Part shown: piece after piece, positions 52,447 through 64,000 of the stretch
How the letters are laid out: each line of letters begins with the position of its first letter
How positions within the stretch are numbered: position 1 is the stretch's first letter
Assembly: GCA_016748015.1 (NCBI GenBank)
Contig: JAAOMT010000334.1
Span: 1 to 64,000, forward strand
Direction: 5' to 3'
Source of the DNA: Geosiphon pyriformis uo1
Lineage: Eukaryota; Fungi; Glomeromycota
Length of the DNA: 64,000 bases
The notes under the pieces: model-generated
The model's input: only the letters and a program-made list of their open reading frames with translations
What the model was told of the DNA's origin: nothing
Database searches by the model: none
Program-made: the position numbers and the translations under genes

Positions 52447-53929
52447 TCAAAACTTACCACAATAACCCATTATGATCCCGAAATATGGACCAAAGTGATT
52501 AATTGTACTTGAGTCTGTAATTGATTGTCCAGAATTACATTCCTAAAATTATTTTCCATATAAATGTAATAATAATAATAATAATATAAGGTTTAATTAC
52601 CCTCATAAAAAATTTAAAAAAAAGGACAATTTATTTTCTGCACTAACCGTATTTTCTATAGCTTGATCATTACCAGGAATCCAAAACTTTTCCTGAATAA
52701 ATTCTTGCACTCTAATTAACTTTTTTTCTTCATTTTCTTTGAATCGTCCACAATCCCATATAATTTCATTAGAAAATATTGTATTTTGAGAGCAATCACA
52801 ATCATTTGGTCCAATCCATATTTCACTTTCATGATGTTTCATTATTGAGTTCTCATTTTCAATTGGAGGAAAATGTGGGAAGTAATCATTTTGATGAGTT
52901 ATTCTTGTGACCTTTACTAGTTCATTCATCATTCTAGCAAACATTATATTTCCAGTTCTTGGTTGACCAAAAGTAAGAATTGAAATTTCAATTGATTCGT
53001 TTAACAGATGGATTGGTGATATAAATACGCGTAAAAGATTCATTATTGCGTATGATAGGCCTGCTATCGCGGCATAAGCTGGGTTTTTTTTTCCGATTTA
53101 AAAAGAAAAGAGACTTAGAATTAGCAAAATAAATATATAATACTCTAACTCTTCATTATTTGAACTAACCACCACCAACACCATGTCCACAGAAAATTAT
53201 CTTTTTATATCCCGTACGCATAAACAGAAAATTCATTTTGTTTAAAATAGGTCTCATCATAATTGAAACATCAATAAACCATTCTTGATCCACTTTTACT
53301 AGTTCGTTTTTCTTCATTCCTTCCGTACTAAATGTTACAAGCTGGTTTTTTCTATCTTGCCACTGTGTTTTTGTGAAATGGGGACCTTTAAAGAATGCAA
53401 TGATTGATTTTTCATTTTTTTCCACTATCATATCAGCTATTAAATTCGTATAAACAAGTAGACAGTGAAAAAATTTTAAACGAGGTTACTTTATTTCAAA
53501 AAATTCCTGAAATTAAAATTGATTGAAAAATAGTTAATTTCACAAAATACCCTTGATTTTGGTCCCTTGTTTTACCCGTTCCCCAATTTGATTGTAAGGT
53601 AAGCAATAAGGAATATTAGAAGACTCAGCTATCAATTTTAATCGTTGGTATTCCTGGGAGCTGTTAAAGCTTAATACTCTTTTCTTTGGGTAGCCTTCTT
53701 CATTATTATCAACTGATCTTTTAAAAAAAAATTTAATGCTATCATTTTCAAATGATTTCACTGAAAGTGAAAATTGAGGGATTTCTTGAATTTCATTATA
53801 AATTTTTTGATTTCTATTAGTTAAAATATGCTGTGAAAAAGAATATATGTATTCTAAAGAGTTGAAATAATAAAATATTTTCGTTAGAAAAATAATTTTA
53901 AATATGAATATCAAAAAGAGCTGTTGCAT
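52447..53929 (-). CDS. Class-3 lipase-like protein C (about 390 aa) with nucleophile Ser replaced by Gly; exons 53929-53551, 53436-53170, 53078-52648, 52542-52447
   Basis: Spliced frame with SNIPYC, FFKG, CGHGVGGAYAAI, LTFGQPRTGN, RITHQNDYFP, HHESEIWI and HFGPYFG. Intron positions and phases match proteins A and B. Confidence 0.9.
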
Positions 53930-56900
53930 TTTTAGTGTTATCTGTATATTCCTAAATCTACTTGAAAAGATTACCCTCCGATATCTTGAAAATGTATGCT
54001 ATGTTATTTAAGTGGGAAAAAACCTACTCACAAGGCAACGTTTTCCTAGGATTCGCTAATGGGCAGTGATGATTTGATCAAATAAAAGTATTTAAAAAAA
54101 ATTAGAAATTGAAAAAGAAATCCAACCTCGGTATGAACTTTCAATTTATTTGGTCAAATCCTGTTTTTATTACATATATTAGGTTTATAATAATCATTAT
54201 TTACTTTTTAGCCACATTGGGTTCCGGAATTTTTGTTGAATAATATTTATAATCAATAGGGTTGGATTAAACCGGGTAAATCCAATTCGTTAGAGACGTC
54301 GGATCTTTCATGTTTGTGTTTTTGATTCAGGTTAATGATTCGACCTACTGTATATTTATTATTTTATGCGTTTTTTTGTACTGGTCACTTTCTATGTTTA
54401 TACCTAAAGATAATTTAACACAAATGATTATTGAAATAAAAACAAGTAACAATACGAGTATTTTATCCATCATAATTTTTGAAAGTAAAAGGTGAAGTAA
54501 CAAGCAATCTTTTAACCTTGAATAGTTTATTTGAAAAAGAGAGAAAATTTTGTTCATTACATGTTTTACTTTTAAGTTGAACTAAAATTTATAATTTTTA
54601 TAATATAAATTTTCTTTTAATTATAATAGAAAAAAGGGAAAATAAAAGAATAATGATTCATTATTAAAAAATAAATTTTGGCATCATTTACCCAAAAATT
54701 ATTTACAAAAAAGCATCAAAGAGAAACATACAAGTTTTTTATTAATAAAACATTAATTAAAATAATTTTAATATTATTTTAATTAAAATGCAATATTAAA
54801 CTTATTATTGGAAATTTTTATATTACAATTTTTTCATTATTATATTAAAAATTACATAATAATAAAATAATAATCAATCATTTACAATTATAAAAAATAA
54901 CTACTTTTAATAACTATCTTAAATGGTGATTTTATGCATCATATTAATGATCTTAAAATAAATTTAACCTTTCGAATTTTCATCTAAAAAATTTTGTTTT
55001 GATAATTAAACGTTGAAAAAAATTATATTTGTGCTTTCACTATTACAGTCTATTGAAAATACACATTTGGTTGACCACCTGATCCTGAGTTGATCGAATA
55101 ACATTCAATTCGATATTTTCACAAACAATGTCAAATATGCTGTTCCACCAAGTCGGGTGTGCAAGCTGCGTCATGAGCACGGAAAATACATATTAAGGAT
55201 CTATAAAGACGTTTAAATATAGTTTTGACAAGCATGTAACAAAAGTCAGTTCTGTGAGTTGAATTTTGAAAATGATTTGATGCGACGCTGTAATATGAAC
55301 AGCTGAAAAAGCAACTCAATATGGTTATCAATTGCTTTAACTCCTTTTGAGTCTTATGCATTACATAATAAAATTTCCAATTCAAACAATAATTTTTATA
55401 ACATATTCTTATCTTTCCCAATTCAGATGTTCCAAAAAGGACCAAAAAGTGGTTGCTGTATTCTTAATTGCAGACAGAACATCTGAAGCCTAAGTAATCG
55501 ATTGGTGTGTTGGTTCAATACCTTCCGGGAGGTTTTATAATAAGATTTTTTGCAAAAGCAGCTGGTAAGGCTGTTTTAAGGGAATTTTGGCTGCTGGAAT
55601 GTTAGATGGCAATGGAATTTGCCATAACATCTGGTACTTGCAATTGATTTTATTCTCAAAAAGCTTATTATAGCTAGGTAAAAGAAAATGCAAAAGGAAG
55701 GAGGAAAAGGCACAAGTTAGCCAACGCTTTAAACAGGATACCTTCAATATATATTTTTTCCTTCTGTTCTTAAAGAACTTATGTCAAAAAGCGGCTAATA
55801 TTTGGGTTACGTCGGCTTTTTCACACTGGTGCATGATTGGTGTGAAACAATAGCTGCCAAAAAGCTCGGACTTAATAAAACTTATGAGTGAAAACAGGCA
55901 GTACGATTATGACGTGAATGTACTCCCTATCAGAAAGTGTTCTTTAGATGTCGATATCAGCAAAGAATTGCATTTAAGCATTTTCCATTACTGGTAGAAA
56001 TGTTCGCCTGACAATTTTTACATTTCAAGCTTTAAAGAATGTGTAACATGAGAAATAGCAAATAATTAATGACTAGCATATGATTTGAAAAACAATAATT
56101 TTGCTTTTAAATAATTTCCATTAAAGAAATGAAATTTAACAATTTAAAACCTATAGATAATATTTTTAATTTATAAGAAAAATTTATATTGATAGATAAT
56201 TTTCTTATTTACTTGTTTTATTTATTTCATTTTTATTTAATTATAATTCAAGAATTTTCACTTAATTCATTCATAATAATTAATATTTATTATGAGTTAA
56301 GTGAATCCAAACTACCAATTTGTTCAATGCCCTACCCAATCTTAGATCTACTACACTCTCAACTCCAATTTTATTTTATTGACCAAAAAATTCTGCAGCT
56401 TTTAAATTGAAATAAATAAATTAATATTTAATAAGAAAACAAAAACATAGTGGTAACTAATCATTCTTAATTTTTAAATTTTAATTTCTTTTTATAATAA
56501 AACATCTTATAATCAATATACTAGATAAAAATTAGAGGTACAGCAATTTTTGTATAATTTTTGCTTGAAAAATATGTTTATGTTTTTTCTGTGGTGAAAT
56601 CTTCTGATTCAAAAATTATAGTTGAATTTTTATTAGCTATTTGGATAATTTAATTTGAGTAATTTTTGAATTAAAAAAGAATTTTTTCCAAAGAGGCTTT
56701 TTTTGTTCTTACACATTTGACCTAGATCAAAATTGCTTAGATAATCATAAATTTCTTTTTTAATCAAAAATTCAGGTTTAAAAACACTACATTATTAATA
56801 TATATAAATTATCATGACTATACTCTGCGGCCTTTTACTTTTAGCACACCATTTTGAGAAGCCTTTTATTTCTTTTATGGTTTTTTATTATGATCAACTA

Positions 56901-57159
56901 ATTCATGGACTTGCGAAAGTTTGAAATTTTCAGATTGTTATAAATAAAATAATAATAAGGAGTTGGATTATAAACTGGAAATCTTAAAGATATCTTGGAG
57001 CAAATTAATTTTATTAGGAATCATTTGCTAGTCAGGGTTAGTCTTGTATTTATTTGAAAAACTTTATTCTCAAAATGATATCAAAAATGCTAAAGCGAAC
57101 AAATATTGTCTGGTTGAGAACATTTACTTTTGAATTTAGTTTTGAGTAATTTTTTTAGT

Positions 57160-58110
57160 ACCATAGACTCAATTTTGTAACGATTTAGACTTTATAAGGA
57201 TTAAGATTTGGAACTAAAGTCCTGGGAGAAGTTCTTAAATCAATAGGGATGAATTTTCTTATCGCATCTTGATTTGCATTTTCGATTTTGAAAGCTCAAA
57301 GTAGCGTACTTGAGAGACAAAGTAGCTTGACTTTAGCCTGGCAAGAGTTTTCATTAAAAAAAAGAAAAATTAGAAATGGTGAAACATTTTGTATTTATAA
57401 ATTGAACTCGATTGAAAATATCGGGATTTTCGTACCGATTCTCATCAAAAAATTCTAAACCCCAGGAGCCCAACGAGAAGTTTCTTTAACGAGCAATTGG
57501 ATATATAGAAGGTAAGTAAAGTCTGAAGTAGTTGGCAAATGTTCATGCCCTACTACTCTATCTAATTCTTCATAAGCTTTTTGCTAAAAATACCTCAGAA
57601 AAAAATTATTGAAAAGCAAAGATTCATTTACTAACCTAAAAGCATTATTTTTCTATACCATTCTTTATATTTTCAATACTGTATTAGCAATCTACATTAT
57701 AATTACTGATGTTTCATGGTTCATTATAGATTTTGAGGATGTGTTTCATACTTCCTCAAATATTCCAACAGACAGTTGCCTTGCGAAAATCATGCGCTAG
57801 AGATTTTTCAATCGGTTCACACAGAGAGTTTTAATATCTGGTCTGTCATATATCTGATTAAGACAGCTTCAGGTAGGAATTAATCAAATATAAAAGAATA
57901 AACTTGATAGTAAAAAATCATCTAGAAATACCATCGGCTGAAGTGACATTACAGTGGCTTTAGAGCAATTATGGAGATGTTCTCAGAGGACTGAATTATT
58001 ATTAGAATATAAAATAGCTATGTCCTTATTAATTTCTAAATTTTTATGCTAGAGCTTAAGCTACGACACAAGTAATTTGAGTTTTTCAATCCTATCTATT
58101 TTCAAGTTCA
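57160..58110 (-). pseudogene. Cytochrome P450 pseudogene relic
   Basis: From 57583: QKAYEELDRVVGHEHLPTTSDFTYLLYIQLLVKETSRWAP (J/K helices with ExxR), then DENRYENPDIF and LL*AFKIE..PID..PYKV. No intact FxxGxRxCxG heme motif; many stops. The upstream boundary is uncertain. Confidence 0.75.
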
Positions 58111-59351
58111 TGACTATAAAAAATTAAGCCTTTTATTCTTATAACGAAAAAACACATATTTGGTTCAACGTCGAACCCAAGAAAATTATCATTCAATGTT
58201 ACTAAAAACACTCAATCCAGAACATTTAAAACTCTTATCATAATGAATACTCTTTTATTTAATAAAATATACTAAAATATTGAATAATGCATTGCAAAAA
58301 CTTTAGTTTTAAAACAATATAAAAGAATTATTGGATTTTACTAATATTATTTCCACAACTTTATTGAAATTCAGAAGAAACAGTAATATGTTTTTATTTA
58401 TAAAAATACACATCTTAAAGGTGAAAGATGCATAAAATGTATTTATTTTTACAAAAATTTCATATAAAGCAAGTTTCAAAGTAAAAACCAACTGATCAAT
58501 CTTTCATTTAAGTTTGAAATCCTCAATTAATAAAAGTATTATTGTCATTACTTGAATTAGCCTTGAATTTGCTAATGGTTTTTTATCCATTTGTTTCTTT
58601 TGGCCATTTTATTTGCAATAAATCGTTTAAGAATTGAAAAATTAAAGAGGAAGAATGTTAAATCTGTCTATCAAAGTGAGAGAATATACCAAAATATAAA
58701 ATTTTCCAGGCAGACCAAACTTGCTTACAACTTGGATTCCGAATTAATTTTGTTAACAAAGCTTATTATCTCAATTTTCTTGCTAAAATTTAATAATAAG
58801 ATGAAAATTGAGTTAAAGAATAATTGATTTAAATCAATCATTGCAAAGCAATTATCTAACAAACAACTAAATAGAATATGTGAACATATTCTTTTACCAA
58901 TACAAATCTATTGAGAGTCTTATGTTTTGTTGTCTTTCTTCTCAAGTAATGCTTTCCAATGAGCTAGCCAACCTGTTATCAATGAAATTGCTAGTTAAAC
59001 AATGAAATTTGTGTTATGAACAAAAACATAAGTTAAAACACTTACCAAATAAAACTGGAAACATATCCTATTGCTTTATGGATATATTCAGAGTAGAAAT
59101 TAATATTTGTATAAATCAGTAAAAAGATAGCTGCAGATGTATCAAAGACGTTTGCCCTTTTTTTAGTGTTGCATCGTTAGTTGCCAAAAAAAATTTCGTA
59201 CACAATCGAAAATTAATCGGTCCATCCGGTCAGGTCCCGTCCAGGATCATCCAAAAGGATGATCCGAAAACAGAAGATTAGGCCATTAATTTTCATTAGA
59301 TTGCGTTTAAGACCTCCTTTGAACATTAGTGTTAATAGTTTGTCTATTGTA

Positions 59352-59428
59352 CAGTAGACACTAAAAGTAACGCCCACTTTTGTATAGTAATACATATAAA
59401 AATCGGACGTTACTTTCAGTGCCTATTG
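59352..59428. mobile_element. 77-bp MITE-like element with about 30-bp imperfect TIRs and TA flanks (Tc1/mariner-pogo type)
   Basis: TA|cagtagacactaaaagtaacgcccactttt ... aaaatcggacgttactttcagtgcctattg|TA; the arms are reverse complements with about 6 mismatches. Confidence 0.7.
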
Positions 59429-60079
59429 TACATATATATTGACGAAACTCAAGCTACTTTATTATTATATGTGCGCAACAAATATTGCAATTGTATCGGA
59501 ACATGATACAACAGCATATTTTTTATTCATCAAAGACACCGAAGAGATCTGCTTTACCGAAGCCAATAGCTATGGGCACCGTCGTTGGTTAATTTCACTT
59601 GAGTTATGTTGATTTTCCGATTAGTACCTCTTATATTAACAGAAATGTCTTGTAATAATTTTCAAAGATGAAAACTCGATAAATATCGCATCGCACTAAA
59701 ATTATATTGCTCTAAACAATGAACAACTTTGTAATGAAAAAATGGTATGTTCGAAATTCATAACTAATTCTTTTTGTGTCACGATCGTTTATAGTATGTC
59801 GCGTTCATTTTTTTGTGTTCATGATAAAAATATCACCAACGCTGAACGTTAATCTTTGTATTACTAAATAATAACCTATAGAATCATCTGGTTTGTCACA
59901 TGACTAAAATTACTGCGGGACCGACGATTAACATCCCCTGTCAACTATCTGGGGATAACATATCTAATCAATGATATCAAGTTTGAGCTTAAAATATTTG
60001 GTTATTAATCAAACATCTGACGTCCTCAGATCATTTGATATTGAACGTGCTATTCCAAAGTCTTAATAACAACAAAATT

Positions 60080-62461
60080 ATGGACAACTTTTCTGGTGAA
60101 AATAGTAAGTATCAAAGAAGAAAACCTTATTTGGCAAGAGAAATAACTGAACTTGTAACTCTTTATTCCTACTTTTGACAGTTTTTATCGAGTACTTTAA
60201 GAAAACCTCCTCTGAAAAATGGTCATATTGGCATTTCTTGCGATCCAACCAGGCTGAAATCATCACATTGCCACCTTTTTCAGATGAATGGACCGGTCTT
60301 GATGGTGCTTGGCAAAGACGTTTTTTTTACAAGGCTAAAGAGATGCCACAATGGGAGGATTTAAACTGGAAGGTTATTATATTTGTTTCTTTGGTTGGGT
60401 GGGGAAATTAATTAGCACAAATATTAATCATTATGTTTCAATAATTATAGCTTCCAGAAAATAGCCAGCTATATTCTTTTTGGGATCACATTATTCAGAG
60501 CCGCAAATTCGATGCAATTGATTCGAAAATTTTCAGCCTAGGAAAACGTAGCGTTTTTAATGAGGTAAGTAAATTAGGGCAGTAAAATGGTTCACATTAT
60601 TGTACTATTTTTAATATAAGGAAATAGGAAAAGGAAATAAGACAAGATTTCTTAACACAGAAAAAGGTACAAATATAAATTTTCTAAGCGTATTATTCTA
60701 AATTAAAACAGATTCTTTTAACCAATTTTTTTAATCATTGTTTGTTGATTTGCAGTTAAAGACAAATGTTGATGGGAAAAAGAAATCTCAAATATATGAT
60801 AACGAGTTGTTTTCAAGACATAATAAAGAAGAAATGGTATTTAATTATTAAATATTTCTTCTCTTAAGTCAAATTAGCCTGTTTTTATTATCAGTTTTTT
60901 AGACACCCAATTCTCCTCCGACAAGAAAATATTCTACTTGTTTACCACAATTTTCATTACCTTCATCACACCAAAATATTGGAAACATTTCTGATGATGA
61001 AGCAGACTTTGATTCAGCTACTTCAAGTATACAAGTTAACTGTCCTATCATTATTAATGATATAGTGGAGTTGCAATTAGGATCCTTGCCTTGTGAAAAA
61101 TCTCGATGGATCATAAACAATTTGGATATTTCTAAAAAATGGCATATATTTAAGGGGGAATCCTTGAAATTAGCAAAGGATAATGGTCTTTTTTTTGAAA
61201 GCCATGTTCAGCAGATATTGTATGTTTTAATCTTTTCATTTTGCAATTGGTTTATACTTTTACTTTTTTATTCATTTCCTTCTACTATTTTCAAACTCTT
61301 CTCTAACTTTATATTATAGATCTTTATCACATATTCTTTTATTAAAGCCCAAACAACATTGCCCTTTAATGGTCAAAATATTTAGTGCTGAATTATTGGA
61401 TACGATGCACAAGGATGTTATGCAAAGGCTTACTAAGTGCAAAACAGAGTTTAATGCTGAAGTTTTCTTAAAGATTATTCCTATTGTCAAGGTATATTGT
61501 TTTTTTTTTTGCCCTTATTTAATGTGAAAAAAAGAGAAAATTTAATTTTATCTCTTTTTTGTTACAGTGCCTGCAAAGAGAAGAAATTACAAGAAAAAAT
61601 GCAGTTTTAAAACTACAAATGCTTGCAACTGACTGTGCCTATGGAGAGTGCGCTATTTTACAGGCTATTGAAAACATGTAAGATTGGGCTAAACTGTTGA
61701 GAAAGAGAAGTCATTTAATAGTATTAACACATTTTAATTAGTATTCAAAGAGTACCGACAATAACATTAAAATCCCCTATTGGCGAAGTAGAATTATGTA
61801 CTGCTTACATAGATCCCGTTCTTAGCCCAATTTTTGGGGATCCTGATCGTGGTGTATTCTTGCGATGGTCCAATAAAGAGGCGCCGGAATCCAAGAATAG
61901 GAAGTCAACAGGGAGGGCCAAGCAACCGGATGCCATCATTAGTGACATTAATCAACTTTCTTGGGGCTCGAGCAGAGGACATGGCGAGGTAAAAGCGCAA
62001 GAAGAAATCAATAATCTCTACAGCCTATGCACTGATCTTGTCCGAGTGGCTGTGCTCAATAAAGATGCTATTGATTTTTTTAACATGAATTGTATTCTCG
62101 GATTTCAAGTCGTTGGTAAGGTTTTTAACATTAGTTTTTTTTTATCAAAAATCATACTAATAAGAGCTTAATAGGGCAACATATCACATTTTACCTCACC
62201 ACTCTTTTATATGATGGCATGTATGTTATGGTGGAGGTTGGTCTTCTTAATGTGCCGATGTCACTTGAGGAGCTTCCGGCTTTTCTTACAAGTCTTGACA
62301 CACTTCTCGTTGTCTCCAATGCATTTTGGACCAATTGTGCTATGTCCCGTCCTGCTGCAGAAATGGAGCCAAACAAGCGCAGCACACTTGCAACACCAAA
62401 TTTCAAAGAACTGGTTGGGAAAAGCCGTGATCGATATCATTCTTGTGAAATACGATTCTAA
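60080..62461 (+). CDS. Intact 10-exon Crinkler-like protein (about 569 aa): N-terminal header plus C-terminal PD-(D/E)XK restriction-endonuclease-like domain; exons 60080-60104, 60182-60372, 60451-60564, 60628-60666, 60756-60836, 60903-61219, 61320-61491, 61568-61677, 61742-62115, 62175-62461
   Basis: All joins are GT-AG and stop-free (1710 nt). C-terminal motifs IGEVELC..YIDP, KQPDAII, GHGEVK, DLVRV, GFQVVG, ITFY and DGMYVMVE. Confidence 0.8.
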
Positions 62462-62714
62462 TAATAATGTTAACGAGTTAAAGGGAATGTTAGAAAATTT
62501 ATCTAAGCACAAAAACAAAATATTGTTTATAATATGCTGTGTATCAAATGGGTCAACCGCTTATTTGTTTTATTATATGATGGAAAAATTACTTTAAAAT
62601 TTCAAGGTTTACTCTAAGATCTTTTATTTCCACATATAACGGATGGAATAATTTCTTGTTTTCATTGAGAATGAAGTAAATTCAAAAACTAAATCCTTTT
62701 AATTTTTTAATTAG

Positions 62715-63325
62715 AAGTTACAGTGGATGAATTAGATCTGGAGCATATTATGTAAGAATAAATTTCGTTGAGGATTTCAATTTATTTAATTTGAGAGATT
62801 AATCTAAACTCTACTCAAAATTCTTTTGAATTCAGATATCCTAGTAAATATTACATATACAATTGTACCCTATGACCTTTTTGTACAATCTGGTTCAGGG
62901 CTGAACGAAATAATTGGTGGTCATTTGGCGTCCTCTCTTGGAGGGCAAAATGCCAGCTTGGATATTAGCGTTCTTTATCCCTTGTTTCGCTTTCGGTGCG
63001 CTAGCAGTCATGTTTTCTACAGGGGCACGAATCATTATAGCTGCGGTACATTGAGAATATATTCCTTTGTTTTCACCAATACTCAGGAAATGGAGTATAC
63101 GGACATATACTCCTGTAAATGCATTGGTAAGAAATCAAATGGTTTAATGTATGAAAATTTAAGTCTCTATAGCGAGATCTATAATTTTTTATTTTAGGCG
63201 GCCCAAGCTATATGGTGCTTGTTGATTTCATTCTTTGTTCCAACCAATGATCCTTTTAATCAAATACTATCTCAACTTTAAAAATTCTTTTGCAAGATAT
63301 TACGACGAAGAGGAGCGAATAAAAG
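62715..63325 (+). pseudogene. Internal fragment of an APC-family amino-acid permease (LAT/MUP1-like), with introns
   Basis: ILVNITYTIVPYD..NEIIGG, then after a frameshift FAFGALAVMFSTGARIIIAAVH*EYIPLFSPILRKWSIRTYTPVNAL|AAQAIWCLLISFFVP. No recognisable start or end of the gene. Confidence 0.65.
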
Positions 63326-64000
63326 GTAATTTGTGCCAAAAGCCGTGCTGATTAAATTTTTTCATTTTCACGAAATTTATTTTTTTCGCTGCCTTTGTTC
63401 CGGATAACAAAGGTCACAATTCGAAACAGAATAATAGCAATACGACTATTATTAGGGGCGACTATATATTGCCCTTCATACTCTGATAATCAAATCACTC
63501 ACTACCATTACTATCTTCCATACTTGAAGGGTGTGATAGTAATTGCTATTGGAGCAATTTTTTGGTACTTTTTGCCCAAATGCGAATCACTTGGAGTTTA
63601 AATTTAAAAAATAGTAGCATATTTAGTTTATATTGGTACTTAACAAATAAATTCGGTTTTTAAAGACAGTTAATTATTAAAAAGAAGATTTTTGTCTCGA
63701 GTCGATAGTAATAATAAAATGAATGAAGCCTTTAATCAAAATTTTAAATTTTTTGGATAATATTGCATGTCAATTAATGATGAAAATATCGATTTCTAGC
63801 TTTTGTACAAGTTTAATTTTCAGATTTTTGCTTTTGAATAAAGTTTTAATAATTAAATTTAGTATTGTGATTGTGGAATCACAATGACAATTATTTTTTT
63901 CAACTTCTTGTAACTGTAAGATTTTTTGGGATAAACATAGAAAAGATGAAAAAATATTCAACATTGATGAAAAAGTAATAGAAAAATTTATATAAAGGAA

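Noticed and set aside
55030-56010. Higher-GC, coding-like stretch
   Set aside because: The frames I read are interrupted by stops and I could not recognise a family; probably a gene relic, needs BLASTx.
59219-59252. GC-rich (GGTCC)-like cluster as a terminus of the REase-bearing unit
   Set aside because: No complementary terminus found downstream within the window.

Overview
AT-rich, intron-rich eukaryotic DNA. The gene content (Sel1/tyrosine-kinase-like relic, restriction-endonuclease-fold Crinkler-like genes, DUF3455, class-3 lipase paralogues, CpG-eroded transposon relics) points by inference to a Mucoromycota/Glomeromycotina-type fungus. Gene models assembled by hand from GT-AG sites: three 4-exon class-3 lipase-like genes that all carry Gly instead of the catalytic Ser (GHGxG), an intronless NiCoT nickel/cobalt permease, a 6-exon secreted/GPI-type DUF3455 gene, a 15-exon Argonaute (its 3' part is repeated across a 20-N gap, probably an assembly artefact), three related small coiled-coil genes, and a 10-exon PD-(D/E)XK-like gene. 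Relics: three more REase-like pseudogenes, a Sel1+kinase pseudogene, a P450 pseudogene, an amino-acid permease fragment, two Tc1-type remnants, a DUF7869-type transposase remnant and a 77-bp MITE. The two strongest leads are (1) a conserved family of apparently catalytically dead lipases and (2) a shared N-terminal header fused to different nuclease-fold C-termini, resembling a polymorphic-toxin/Crinkler system. All calls come from motif recognition by eye; no searches were run.
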